Shown one piece after another: positions 9,425-18,591 of a DNA stretch of 37,584 bases. Positions within the stretch are counted from its first letter, which is position 1, and each line of letters begins with the position of its first letter. The notes below the pieces were generated by a model. That model had not been told where the DNA came from. It made no database searches and saw nothing but the letters and a program-made list of their open reading frames with translations. The stretch is from a virus (taxonomy: Duplodnaviria; Caudoviricetes): IMG/VR virus record IMGVR_UViG_3300027242_000010, positions 1 through 37,584 of that record, one strand, 5' to 3'. Position numbers and translations under genes: made by a program.

Positions 9425-12034
9425 ATGGCATTAAGTCCTCAATTATTGCAATTCAAGAGTTCAGGTGTTTATCGTTTAGAATTCGATAAATCACAAACTA
9501 CTAACTTTGCTACAGAGACTATCAGATTGGTAGTTGGTCATTCTAAAAAAGGTCCATACAATACTCCTGTTTTTATTCAAACCGTTGAAGATTTTAATAC
9601 AATCTTCGGAGGTATTGATAGAAACCTAGAGAAAAAAGGAATGTTCTTCCATAGATCAGCACTTACTACTCTTACAAGAGGTCCTATCCTAGCATTAAAC
9701 CTAGCGTCATTTGACTCTGGAGACACTATTAACTTCGCTTCACCATCTACAAATGGTTCTAGCGTAACTGCAGTTTCTGATTCAGGAACTGACGAGTACA
9801 CAAAATTCTTTAACACTGACAAATTCTGGTTTCCATCAGATGAGGCAGTAATCGATACTATTGGTACTGACAACAACAGATTATTAAATTTAATTAACAT
9901 TAAGCAAGAGCCTATTACTGTTATCGTAAGAAAAGCGCAAGATGTTGCATCATTCGACGTTACTGCTAGAGAGTGGTACGGAGAAGGTAATGTACCTGCA
10001 TTCTTAAACGACAAAGATTATTTGTCAGATTTCATGGTAGACGTTTTTGTTTTCAAAGGAGAATTCGATCCAGCTACTTTAGTAACTGATCCAGTTTACA
10101 AAGATTACTTTACAGCTCAAGGTTTAATTAAAACTCAATTAGATGCATTTTCTAACCTAAGACAAGTATCTTTAATTGCTTCTTACACAGGTTCATTAAT
10201 TCCTAACTTTAAAGATTTGGAAGGAAGAAACCTTTATGTTGAAACAATGATTAACTCAGAAGCTAGAAGAACTGGTTTATTCTGTGCAATCGATGAAAAT
10301 AACGTACAAGAAGAAACTGGAACTAACGTTGATTTAGTTGGACATACATTTGATGCAGATCAAAACTATGAAGTACTTTCATACATTATCGATCAAACAT
10401 TAAATCCTTCAGCTGGAACAACCATTACTTTAAATGGTGCATTAGTATTTGCTGGAGCAGCAACAACTACAGTTTCTGGTTCTACATTAACAGCACCTCA
10501 TGATATTTCAGCATCAATTTCAGTTGGAGACTTTTTAAAGTCTGCAACTCTTGGACCTAACGGAACAGTAGAATACGTTGAAGTAACATCAGTAGTTGTT
10601 GTAGCTGGAAATGGAGTAAATACTAACACAGTAACAACAGTTACTTGTGAAGGAGCTATTTCATCTACATTAAACGGAGTTGCTTCATTTAAAAAATTCA
10701 CAATCACAAACTCTAGAGTTGTTGATTACGCTTTAAGCGAAACCAATCTTGCTGGAAACGGTTCAGTATCTGGAACTTACGCAAACTTAGGAGCTGGTAT
10801 TTTCACCATCACTTATGCTGCAGCAATTTCTACTGTAACTCTTAAGAAAGGACAATACGTTCCTTCTGCAATAGCTGGAAGACTTGCTAAAATCAAATCA
10901 GTATCTAAAGCAGTTGTTGGTTTAAACACAGTAGTAACAATTACAACTGATGCTAACCTATCAAACACTTGGGGCGGACAATATGTTGTTTCTTTCGAAG
11001 AAGCTACTAGCGTTTACAAACCATTTATTTTAGGTAAAGCAACAATTGGAGATAAATCAATCACAAATGCTCTTACTGCATTAAGTGGAACTAACTTATT
11101 CAACGCTCTAGCTGACAAAGATTTAATTCTTTACAGATATGTTGTTGATACATTCGGTTCATATGATACTGTTGAAGGTTTACAAAACAAGAAAGAACTT
11201 TCTTTCTTAGCACACCAAAGACAAAACGTATCCGCTATCTTAAACGCACCAACTATAGCTGATTTCAAAAAATCAACTAATCCATCTTTCACAGATGAGA
11301 ACGGATCATTCGATACAATTTACTTAAAAGACGGAGGAAACTTAGATAAGAATCCTACTGCATTCTATACATTACCTTCTATTAATGATGGAGCAAATTA
11401 TGCATTCTACTACGGACCTGGTTTAACAATCAGAGAAAATGGTAAAGACATCGTTGTACCACCAGCAGCTTACGTATCTAACAATTACATTGATAAATAC
11501 TCAACTGCTTTACCTTGGTCAATCGTTGCTGGATCTAGAAGAGGAGTTATCTCTGGAACTGGAGTTGTTGGAGTTGAATACGCATTTGATAAAACGGACA
11601 GAGATGTTCTTGAACCATTTGGTATTAACCCAATCGTTTTCCAAAGAGGAGTTGGTTTAACAGTTCTTGGAAATAAAACTGGTCAACAATCAGTTAAATC
11701 TGCACTTTCATCTGCTCACGTAAGAGAAGTATTGATTTACATCCAAGAAGGAATGGCTAACATTCTTAAAGGTTACGTATTCGAATTTAATACAGCACAA
11801 ACAAGACTTGAAATTAAAACTTTAGCAGATGCCTTTATGGAATCAGTTAAAGCTGACCAAGGAGTTTATGACTTTAAAAACGTTATCGATCAAACAAATA
11901 ACACAAACGAAGTTATTGATAACAACATCGGTATCCTAGATACTTTTGTTGAACCAGTAAAAGGATTAGAAATCGTTGTTCACAGAACTACAGTATTAAA
12001 CACTGGCGAAATCTCTACTGGAAACTTTAGCTAA
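9425..12034 (+). CDS. Tail sheath protein (gp18-like)
   Basis: SSGVY..EFD, KGPYNTP, VPPAAYV, PW..VAG..RG, INPI, SALS..HVR and FEFN motifs. Confidence 0.92.
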   Translation: MALSPQLLQFKSSGVYRLEFDKSQTTNFATETIRLVVGHSKKGPYNTPVFIQTVEDFNTIFGGIDRNLEKKGMFFHRSALTTLTRGPILALNLASFDSGDTINFASPSTNGSSVTAVSDSGTDEYTKFFNTDKFWFPSDEAVIDTIGTDNNRLLNLINIKQEPITVIVRKAQDVASFDVTAREWYGEGNVPAFLNDKDYLSDFMVDVFVFKGEFDPATLVTDPVYKDYFTAQGLIKTQLDAFSNLRQVSLIASYTGSLIPNFKDLEGRNLYVETMINSEARRTGLFCAIDENNVQEETGTNVDLVGHTFDADQNYEVLSYIIDQTLNPSAGTTITLNGALVFAGAATTTVSGSTLTAPHDISASISVGDFLKSATLGPNGTVEYVEVTSVVVVAGNGVNTNTVTTVTCEGAISSTLNGVASFKKFTITNSRVVDYALSETNLAGNGSVSGTYANLGAGIFTITYAAAISTVTLKKGQYVPSAIAGRLAKIKSVSKAVVGLNTVVTITTDANLSNTWGGQYVVSFEEATSVYKPFILGKATIGDKSITNALTALSGTNLFNALADKDLILYRYVVDTFGSYDTVEGLQNKKELSFLAHQRQNVSAILNAPTIADFKKSTNPSFTDENGSFDTIYLKDGGNLDKNPTAFYTLPSINDGANYAFYYGPGLTIRENGKDIVVPPAAYVSNNYIDKYSTALPWSIVAGSRRGVISGTGVVGVEYAFDKTDRDVLEPFGINPIVFQRGVGLTVLGNKTGQQSVKSALSSAHVREVLIYIQEGMANILKGYVFEFNTAQTRLEIKTLADAFMESVKADQGVYDFKNVIDQTNNTNEVIDNNIGILDTFVEPVKGLEIVVHRTTVLNTGEISTGNFS

Positions 12035-12069
12035 AAATTAGAATATATAAAAAAACAATAAAGAACAAG

Positions 12070-12624
12070 ATGGCACTACCACATTATTCACAAGACCAGA
12101 CAAGTAGAAAAGGTTCACAATGGGAACCAGTACAGGCTAACCTCTTCGAAGTTACCATAATTCCTCCATCTGGTGTAAAAGGTGCTCCGTTGCTGTTACA
12201 ACACGTAAACAGTATCGGTGGATTGGATCTATATAAAGAAGTTGCAGAAGTAACACAAAAATATAAGTTCGCAACCCGTTCTTATGCTGGTATGCCAGAC
12301 AGTACTTCATTGGACATTACAATTAACTTCTCTTTGAACTTAAATGATTCTAATCAAGCATACCTTTACAAAACCATGAGAGAATGGTATAACTTAGCTT
12401 ACGATCCTCAAAACGGTATTATGGGTCTTAAGAAAGACTACACTGGAACTCTAGTTATCGTTCAGTTCAATAGAGCTGGAGATATTTACAGAACAATTAC
12501 TTTAGAAGATTGCTTCATTAAATCAGGTCTACCATTCACTAACGAATTAAGTTATGAATCAGGAGATCCTGCAGCATTAGAAGTAGGATTCAGATGCGAT
12601 ACTTTTAAAGAAGTATTAGCATAA
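12070..12624 (+). CDS. Tail tube protein (gp19-like)
   Basis: Follows the sheath gene; NLFEV, MREWY...DPQNG and KKDY motifs; 184 aa. Confidence 0.85.
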   Translation: MALPHYSQDQTSRKGSQWEPVQANLFEVTIIPPSGVKGAPLLLQHVNSIGGLDLYKEVAEVTQKYKFATRSYAGMPDSTSLDITINFSLNLNDSNQAYLYKTMREWYNLAYDPQNGIMGLKKDYTGTLVIVQFNRAGDIYRTITLEDCFIKSGLPFTNELSYESGDPAALEVGFRCDTFKEVLA

Positions 12625-12635
12625 TTTACAACACC

Positions 12636-12666
12636 GAAGGGATGGTGCAAGCCATCCTTTCTTTTT
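12636..12666 (+). terminator. Rho-independent terminator
   Basis: Stem AAGGGATGG / CCATCCTTT with loop TGCAAG, followed by CTTTTT. Confidence 0.85.
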
Positions 12667-12700
12667 GAACCAAATATATAATATGTTATTAAAATAATCT

Positions 12701-12919
12701 ATGTCACATAAACTAACTAAAAAACTTCAGGTTTTAATAACTGATGAGGAGGTTCAAGAGCTTAATATCATTATTCTAAATGATGCGATCGAAAATGACC
12801 AAAGACCAATATCAATTTCCGCATTTATCAGACATTTAATAAGACTTGAAATCGAAAGAAGACCCGATCTTGTAAAAGAATGGGACAAAACAAAAATTAA
12901 ACACTTAAAATCAAAGTAA
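12701..12919 (+). CDS. Small hypothetical protein, possibly ribbon-helix-helix DNA-binding
   Basis: KKLQVLIT-DEE...SISAFIRHLI has an RHH-like pattern. Confidence 0.5.
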   Translation: MSHKLTKKLQVLITDEEVQELNIIILNDAIENDQRPISISAFIRHLIRLEIERRPDLVKEWDKTKIKHLKSK

Positions 12920-12920
12920 T

Positions 12921-13871
12921 ATGAGCAACAAAAACCAAGACAACGAACAAAATTCGGAAGAACAATACCGTAAAATGGTAGAAGAAAAAGAAAACCATGA
13001 AGAAAGACTTGACCTAGGAAAAGTAAACATGGACCGCTATGCAACTCAAAAGGCATTAGATCCAGACATGCATTTAGGTTTCCACAATGTTGATATTTCT
13101 ACATTACCGTCAGGTGGTAGATTTTATCCAGTTGGTTCTAAATTAGCAATTAGACCTGCACAAGTTTCTGAAGTTAGACATTTTTCAACTATTGATGAAG
13201 GTAACTTGTTAGACATTGAAGACAAATTAAATCACATTGTAAAAAATTGTACAAGATTTAATTCTGGTACCAAAGTATTATCTTACAAAGATATTCTAGA
13301 AGAGGATAGAATTTATATTCTATTATCGATCAGAGATCTAACATTCCCTGAACCAGAATCTAAGTTAACGGTAAAAGCCTCTACTAAAGATGGTGAAGAA
13401 TTCGATGCTGAAATTAGTGCACAATATTTTCAATTGTCTAAGGTAACTGAAGAAATTGAAAAATATTATGACGAAGAAGCTAGAGCATTCGCTATTAGAA
13501 CAAAAAGTTTTGGTGTAATTATGATGCGTCCACCTTCGATTGGAGTTATGGAAGCCATTACGAATTACATTAAAGTTCGTCAAATTGAGAAAAAACAGTG
13601 GGATCAATCTTACCTACAAATCTTACCTTATATCTCATTAGATTGGAGAGGTTTTACAGATGAGAAAATCTTTAAAGGAGAAGTTGATTTCCATAGTTGG
13701 AATACACAAAAATATTCATTAGTATATAGACTTGCTGAAAAAATGAGAATTGGAGTACAACCAGAAATGCTGGTACCATTCGGAGACGAGGAGGTTCTCG
13801 TAACTATCGGCTTTCGCGACGGGATCAAATCTCTTTTCGTTGTTCAAGATATCGCTGGAGAACTTCTTTAA
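12921..13871 (+). CDS. Baseplate hub / tail assembly chaperone (T4 gp26-like)
   Basis: LPSGG.FY, IRP...E, D..YILL.IR and MRPP motifs; lies between tube and tape measure genes. Confidence 0.65.
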   Translation: MSNKNQDNEQNSEEQYRKMVEEKENHEERLDLGKVNMDRYATQKALDPDMHLGFHNVDISTLPSGGRFYPVGSKLAIRPAQVSEVRHFSTIDEGNLLDIEDKLNHIVKNCTRFNSGTKVLSYKDILEEDRIYILLSIRDLTFPEPESKLTVKASTKDGEEFDAEISAQYFQLSKVTEEIEKYYDEEARAFAIRTKSFGVIMMRPPSIGVMEAITNYIKVRQIEKKQWDQSYLQILPYISLDWRGFTDEKIFKGEVDFHSWNTQKYSLVYRLAEKMRIGVQPEMLVPFGDEEVLVTIGFRDGIKSLFVVQDIAGELL

Positions 13872-14121
13872 GACGAAGTTTTATCTCATGTATCATCTGC
13901 ATATACAACCATCTGAGATCGATAAGCTTGACTATTACGAATATTGGTACATAGTAAAAGACCTCGCAGAATATATTAAGAAACAGAACGACGGACAAAA
14001 AGGTGAAGAAAGTGCAGCAATGCAGCAATATGGAGATCCTCAAAAAATGGCAAAACAAAAAATGCCAAGTATGAAAACTCCATCATTTAAAACACCTTCA
14101 TTCAAGACTCCTAAGTTTTAA
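13840..14121 (+). CDS. gp51-like baseplate hub assembly protein (TTG start or frameshift extension)
   Basis: SLENFFKTKFYLMYH...SEID.L.YYE resembles the short gp51-like proteins of T4-like phages. Confidence 0.6.
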   Translation: MFKISLENFFKTKFYLMYHLHIQPSEIDKLDYYEYWYIVKDLAEYIKKQNDGQKGEESAAMQQYGDPQKMAKQKMPSMKTPSFKTPSFKTPKF

Positions 14122-14156
14122 TCTTGATATATAGTAAAAAATATACTGTATAGATT

Positions 14157-17100
14157 TTGAGTATTTTCAAAAGTCCTTTTGAGCGACTATCGGTCGACAA
14201 TTTACAACTTATTAGCACTTCAACTGGAGTTACTGCATTAGCAGTTTCTCCAGGTGGTGCGTTTTTTGGTAAAGTTGACGAGATGGTAAAGTTGTTAAAA
14301 ACTATCGCAACGAATACTGCAAAATCGATTAGCACCGGCGGTCAGGCATCCAACCTTCTTCAATTTAAACAAAGACTAGATGAGTTAAAATTATTAAAAG
14401 AAATCGCAGCAAATACCAAAGCCGGTAAAGGTGGAGGTGGAGGAGCTGCAGGTGGTTCTGGAATTGGAAATGCAGTAGCACTTAAAGTTTTAGGAGGCAA
14501 GGGATTACAAGGAATTGGAAAAGGATTAGAAGCAATTGTGAACGCAATTGAATCTATGAAAGGTTCTAGTAAAGAATTTAAAGCAAAGGCAGATGCTCTA
14601 GTTTTAACAATTGATTCTATTTCAAAAATAGGACCAGCAATTCTTAAATTTGCTGGATATTTGTTCTTAGCAACACCGCTCTTGATAATAGGAGCAATTG
14701 CAGCACCCTTATTTGGTTTAGCATTATTCATTATAGCTAAAGTTTTACAAATTGCTGCAAAACCACTATCGGATAAAAAAACACAAGAGGCATTAATCGC
14801 AATGGGCGGAGTTGGAAAGGCAATATTAATACTTGGAGTTGCTTTAGTATTAGCATCAGTTCTCTATCCAGTTGGTATAATGGCATTGCCATATATTGTA
14901 ATTTCATTGTTAGCAATCGGAGGAGTATTCTATTTGCTAGATAAGATGGGAATTGATAAATCCATGAAAGATACTAGTAAAGCATTAATGTTTGCCTCTT
15001 TAGCAATTGTAACATTAGGAATAGGATTGTTATTATTTGAAGTTATTATAAACGCAATGGACAACCCAATCCAAACATTGTTCCTAGTTGGAGCAGTAGT
15101 TCTTGGTATTGGTTTAATGTTTTTTGCGCTTGATAAATTAGGAGTTGATAAATCATTAAGAACTACCAGTATTGCATTAATGTTTGCAGCTGGAGCAATA
15201 GTTTTATTAGGATTCGCAGTTATGTTAGTTGATCAGTTTTTACAAGCAACTGGAGATCCGATGGGTACATTGTTAATGATTGGAGCAATGGTTGGCGGAG
15301 TAGCACTGGTAATGTATTTAGCTGGTAAACAAGCAGTGACAATATTTGAAGGAGCACTCGTAATGATAGTTGCTGCAATCCCAATTATATTATTAGGATT
15401 AGCAGTTAATCTATTTGCAGCAGCGGTTAAACCAGATGAATCAGGTTGGACTACAATTGCTCAAATTGGTGCATTAGTTACTGGAGTAGGATTAGTTATG
15501 GGAGTTGCTGGATTAGCATCACCATTTATTCTTGCTGGAGCAGGCGCAATGATTGTTGCTGGAGTAGCATTAGTTGCAATTGCTCTTGGAGCAGCGGCAA
15601 TGGCTGCACTATTTAATAGCGCAGATATGAGTAAAATGCTTGGAGATTCTGGAGAAGTAACTGAAGGATTTATGGGATTTGGTGGTGGAAGAAAGATGAG
15701 TAATATGGAATACATGATGTTATCAATTGCTAATTCATTTACTCTTAGTCCCGTTTCAATTGCATCAATGTATGCTACTGCGCCAGCTATGGTTATGGCT
15801 GGAATAGCAATGGCTACAATATCACACGGTATTAAAAAGATTCAAGATTTAAAAATAGACTACGCTGTGTTACCAACTCAAATTGGTAACTTAATTACGT
15901 CAATCGCAACACCATTTGCTGAATTAGGAGTTAAATATCCAGGAGGACGTAAAAGCTTATTTGCTAGTATCTTTGGCGGAGGAAAACAATCTGCTCTAGC
16001 TGATGGTATCTCTGCAACAATGGGAATGGGAGACGCTCTATCAGGAATTGCTTATGGAGTTCAATCCATGGCTGACTTAAAGTTCCCAATATACACAGGA
16101 ACCAAAATTACAGGTTATTATACACTGGGAAGCGATACATTTGGAAAATTAAATACTAATATTAATTTAATTGTAGATTCTTTAAGTAGAACATTTGGTG
16201 AATTAGGAGTTAAATATCCTGGAGGTAAAGCAGGTTTCCTTTCTAGCGTTTTTGGAAGTGGAAAACAATCTCCAGTAGCTGACGGTATTGCCGCAACTAT
16301 GGGAATGGGAGAAGTTTTAACCAGTATTGCTGGTGGAGTACAATCAATGGCTGACTTAAAGTTCCCGATTTATAAAGGAACTAAAGTTATAGGTTATCAA
16401 AGTTTAAATTCAGATACTTTTGGAAAAGTTAATGATAACATCAAATTAATTGTAGATTCGTTAAGTACCGTATTTGGCGAAATAGGACTTCAGTATCCTG
16501 GAGGACAGAAGAGCTTTACGCAAATGATTTTTGGCGGTGGAGGAAATCCAGTAACAGATGGTATTGGAGCTGTTCAAGGTATGGGAAGCGCTATTTCTGA
16601 AATAGCCAAAGGAGTTCAGGCTTTTGCAGATCTTAAGATTCCAATTTATCAAAATGGAAAAATCGTAGGTTATGAATCCCTAGGAGCAGATTCCATGAAA
16701 AAAGTTACTGATAATATCAGATCTCTTGTGGTTGCATTAACAGGAACAATGGGAGAGATTGGAAATAATCCAGACGCTCAAAATGATTGGGGTTGGTTTG
16801 GTTCTTCTAAAATCGAAGATGGTGTTGAAATTGTTCAAAGTTTTGCAGATCCAATTAAGAAGATTGCAGATGCTGCTAAAACATTCATGGAAACTAATGT
16901 TGATCCAGCTGCATTAAATACTAAAATTCAAGGAATTATTTCTGGAATGACTGGTGCTCTTTCAAGCGCTGGAGAAAATGCAGATGAACAAGGTAAATTT
17001 GTTTTAGTCTTAGGAAACGTTGCTGATAAAATGAAAGTAATCGCAGAGAATATTGATCCATGGGTTAAATTCGTAGACAACTTCAAGAAATACGTTGATG

Positions 17101-17510
17101 ATATGGGTAGACTTAAAGATACCTTAAATTCATTTGACAAAGTTAACTTGAAATTTACAAGTGATATGTTCCAAGGGCTTGCATATCTTTCTGGATATAA
17201 AGGCGCTGGTTCTATTAATCAAATGAGTGCATCCCTTACTGAAGCAATCAAGAATCTATCAACGATGATTGAAGAGTTTAAGAAGAGTACAGCTGCGCCA
17301 GTTGAACCAAGTTCGGTTAATCCATCCCCTGCAATGGCTGCAGCAAACGCAAAAGCTGGAGTACCTGCAAAACCTGGAGCACCAGCATCACCAGCCGCAA
17401 ATCAAGTTACTCCGGCACAAATAGTTGCTGCTTTCAAAACCGCATTAGCTGATGTTACACTTAAAGTTAAAAGTGCAAATCAATCTACTGGAACATCAGT
17501 TAGTTTTTAA
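14157..17510 (+). CDS. Tape measure protein
   Basis: 1117 aa, Ala/Gly-rich, long hydrophobic segment, internal repeats; downstream of tube and chaperones; TTG start. Confidence 0.75.
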   Translation: MSIFKSPFERLSVDNLQLISTSTGVTALAVSPGGAFFGKVDEMVKLLKTIATNTAKSISTGGQASNLLQFKQRLDELKLLKEIAANTKAGKGGGGGAAGGSGIGNAVALKVLGGKGLQGIGKGLEAIVNAIESMKGSSKEFKAKADALVLTIDSISKIGPAILKFAGYLFLATPLLIIGAIAAPLFGLALFIIAKVLQIAAKPLSDKKTQEALIAMGGVGKAILILGVALVLASVLYPVGIMALPYIVISLLAIGGVFYLLDKMGIDKSMKDTSKALMFASLAIVTLGIGLLLFEVIINAMDNPIQTLFLVGAVVLGIGLMFFALDKLGVDKSLRTTSIALMFAAGAIVLLGFAVMLVDQFLQATGDPMGTLLMIGAMVGGVALVMYLAGKQAVTIFEGALVMIVAAIPIILLGLAVNLFAAAVKPDESGWTTIAQIGALVTGVGLVMGVAGLASPFILAGAGAMIVAGVALVAIALGAAAMAALFNSADMSKMLGDSGEVTEGFMGFGGGRKMSNMEYMMLSIANSFTLSPVSIASMYATAPAMVMAGIAMATISHGIKKIQDLKIDYAVLPTQIGNLITSIATPFAELGVKYPGGRKSLFASIFGGGKQSALADGISATMGMGDALSGIAYGVQSMADLKFPIYTGTKITGYYTLGSDTFGKLNTNINLIVDSLSRTFGELGVKYPGGKAGFLSSVFGSGKQSPVADGIAATMGMGEVLTSIAGGVQSMADLKFPIYKGTKVIGYQSLNSDTFGKVNDNIKLIVDSLSTVFGEIGLQYPGGQKSFTQMIFGGGGNPVTDGIGAVQGMGSAISEIAKGVQAFADLKIPIYQNGKIVGYESLGADSMKKVTDNIRSLVVALTGTMGEIGNNPDAQNDWGWFGSSKIEDGVEIVQSFADPIKKIADAAKTFMETNVDPAALNTKIQGIISGMTGALSSAGENADEQGKFVLVLGNVADKMKVIAENIDPWVKFVDNFKKYVDDMGRLKDTLNSFDKVNLKFTSDMFQGLAYLSGYKGAGSINQMSASLTEAIKNLSTMIEEFKKSTAAPVEPSSVNPSPAMAAANAKAGVPAKPGAPASPAANQVTPAQIVAAFKTALADVTLKVKSANQSTGTSVSF
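15921..16754 (+). repeat. Three about 93-aa (279-nt) tandem repeats in the tape measure gene
   Basis: ELGVKYPGG / ELGVKYPGG / EIGLQYPGG begin at 15921, 16200 and 16479; each unit contains GVQ..ADLK.PIY. Confidence 0.9.
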
Positions 17511-17523
17511 TATTTTAAAACCT

Positions 17524-17549
17524 AAACAATTTCTAAAAAGCATATATAA
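17524..17549 (+). promoter_or_regulatory. Putative middle promoter AAAC-N17-TATAA (overlaps ATATATA) for the tRNA
   Basis: AAAC 17524-17527 and TATAA 17545-17549; the tRNA starts at 17560. Confidence 0.6.
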
Positions 17550-17559
17550 ATTAATAACA

Positions 17560-17645
17560 GGAAAGATGGCAGAGTTGGTCTATCGCATCAGTCTTGAAAA
17601 CTGACGTACTGCAAGGTACCGTGGGTTCGAATCCTACTCTTTCCG
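17560..17645 (+). tRNA. tRNA-Ser (anticodon TGA), no encoded CCA
   Basis: Acceptor GGAAAGA/TCTTTCC, anticodon arm TCAGT-CTTGAAA-ACTGA, long variable arm GTAC-TGCAAG-GTAC, T loop GGTTCGAATCC, discriminator G followed by CAAA. Confidence 0.95.
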
Positions 17646-17665
17646 CAAAGTGGTGCCTAACACAC

Positions 17666-17725
17666 TTGAGGCCCTGAGTCAATAATGGCTTTAGAACTAT
17701 CCTAAAGGTAGTAAAAGGGTTTTAA
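17666..17725 (+). ncRNA. Candidate structured 5' leader RNA (three-way junction)
   Basis: Folded by eye: P1 TTGAGGCCCT/AGGGTTTTAA, P2 GAGTCA-ATAA-TGGCTT, P3 ACTATC-CTAAA-GGTAGT. Every non-Watson-Crick pair is G-U on the + strand. Confidence 0.45.
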
Positions 17726-17741
17726 AATAAATGGTAAAACA

Positions 17742-18536
17742 ATGAATACAACAACAAATTCGGCTCACGTTGCCGTAAAAAACAGCAGGCTCAAAACTTA
17801 CAAGAGCCCAACAAATTCAAATGTCGTATATTTAAAAGACGGCGATGAATTTCAAATCGAATTATTTAATCCTTATGAGTACTCTGTACTTGCAAAAATC
17901 TGGATGAATGACGCGATCATTTCAGAGAGTGGATTAGTCCTAAAACCAGGACAAAGAGTATTCTTAGAACGCTACATCGACACAAACAACAAATTTGTTT
18001 TTAGAACTTATGAAGTTGACGGTACCGATAAAGAAGTTCTAAATGCTATCAAAAACAACGGTTCAGTTAAAGTAATTTACTACAGAGAAAAGGTTGTACA
18101 AAATTCAGGATACGTTGTTAACGTAAATCCAAGTTGGAGAGGTTGGAATACACCAAACACTGGAACACCTACACCTTACTATGGAGATATTTCTTTCACA
18201 ACAAATACCAGTAATTTCGTAGGAGGTTCTACAACCACAAATGCAGCATTTTATTCTTCTTCTACTGCTAATGTTAGTTTACCCGGTGAACCTACATTAA
18301 GTACAAGTTATGAAACTGGTAGAGTTGAAAAAGGCTCTAGTTCAAATCAGAATTTCTCATCAGTATTTATGGAATTTGAAAATTATCCATGTGAAACTGT
18401 TTACATGCAAATTCTAGCAGAATCTAATAAACCAGCAGAAATTTCAGATCTTAGAAATTATTGTTCTGGATGTGGAACTAGAATGAAGAAACAAACTTGG
18501 AAATTCTGTCCAAGTTGCGGAACTAAAATAGATTAA
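17742..18536 (+). CDS. Hypothetical protein with beta-rich N-domain, T/S/N linker and C-terminal zinc ribbon
   Basis: C-terminal YCSGCG...KFCPSCGTK. Confidence 0.8.
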   Translation: MNTTTNSAHVAVKNSRLKTYKSPTNSNVVYLKDGDEFQIELFNPYEYSVLAKIWMNDAIISESGLVLKPGQRVFLERYIDTNNKFVFRTYEVDGTDKEVLNAIKNNGSVKVIYYREKVVQNSGYVVNVNPSWRGWNTPNTGTPTPYYGDISFTTNTSNFVGGSTTTNAAFYSSSTANVSLPGEPTLSTSYETGRVEKGSSSNQNFSSVFMEFENYPCETVYMQILAESNKPAEISDLRNYCSGCGTRMKKQTWKFCPSCGTKID

Positions 18537-18560
18537 TTATAAGTTAGGCACCACTTATAA

Positions 18561-18591
18561 AAGAAAAAGCTCTCTTTCGAGAGCTTTTCTT
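18561..18591. terminator. Bidirectional intrinsic terminator
   Basis: AAGAAAAAGCTCTC-TTTC-GAGAGCTTTTCTT between convergent genes. Confidence 0.85.

Larger units (their letters stand above)
17648..18556. repeat. Perfect 14-bp inverted repeat enclosing one gene
   Basis: AAGTGGTGCCTAAC (17648-17661) and GTTAGGCACCACTT (18543-18556). Confidence 0.9.

Noticed and set aside
17560-17645. tRNA-Ser as an integration (att) site
   Set aside because: No duplicate of the tRNA 3' end and no integrase were seen in the window.
17731-17745. Mini uORF MVKQ overlapping the ATG at 17742
   Set aside because: Too short to distinguish from chance without conservation data.
17648-18556. IS or MITE interpretation of the 14-bp inverted repeat
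   Set aside because: The enclosed protein has no recognisable transposase motif and no target-site duplication flanks the arms.
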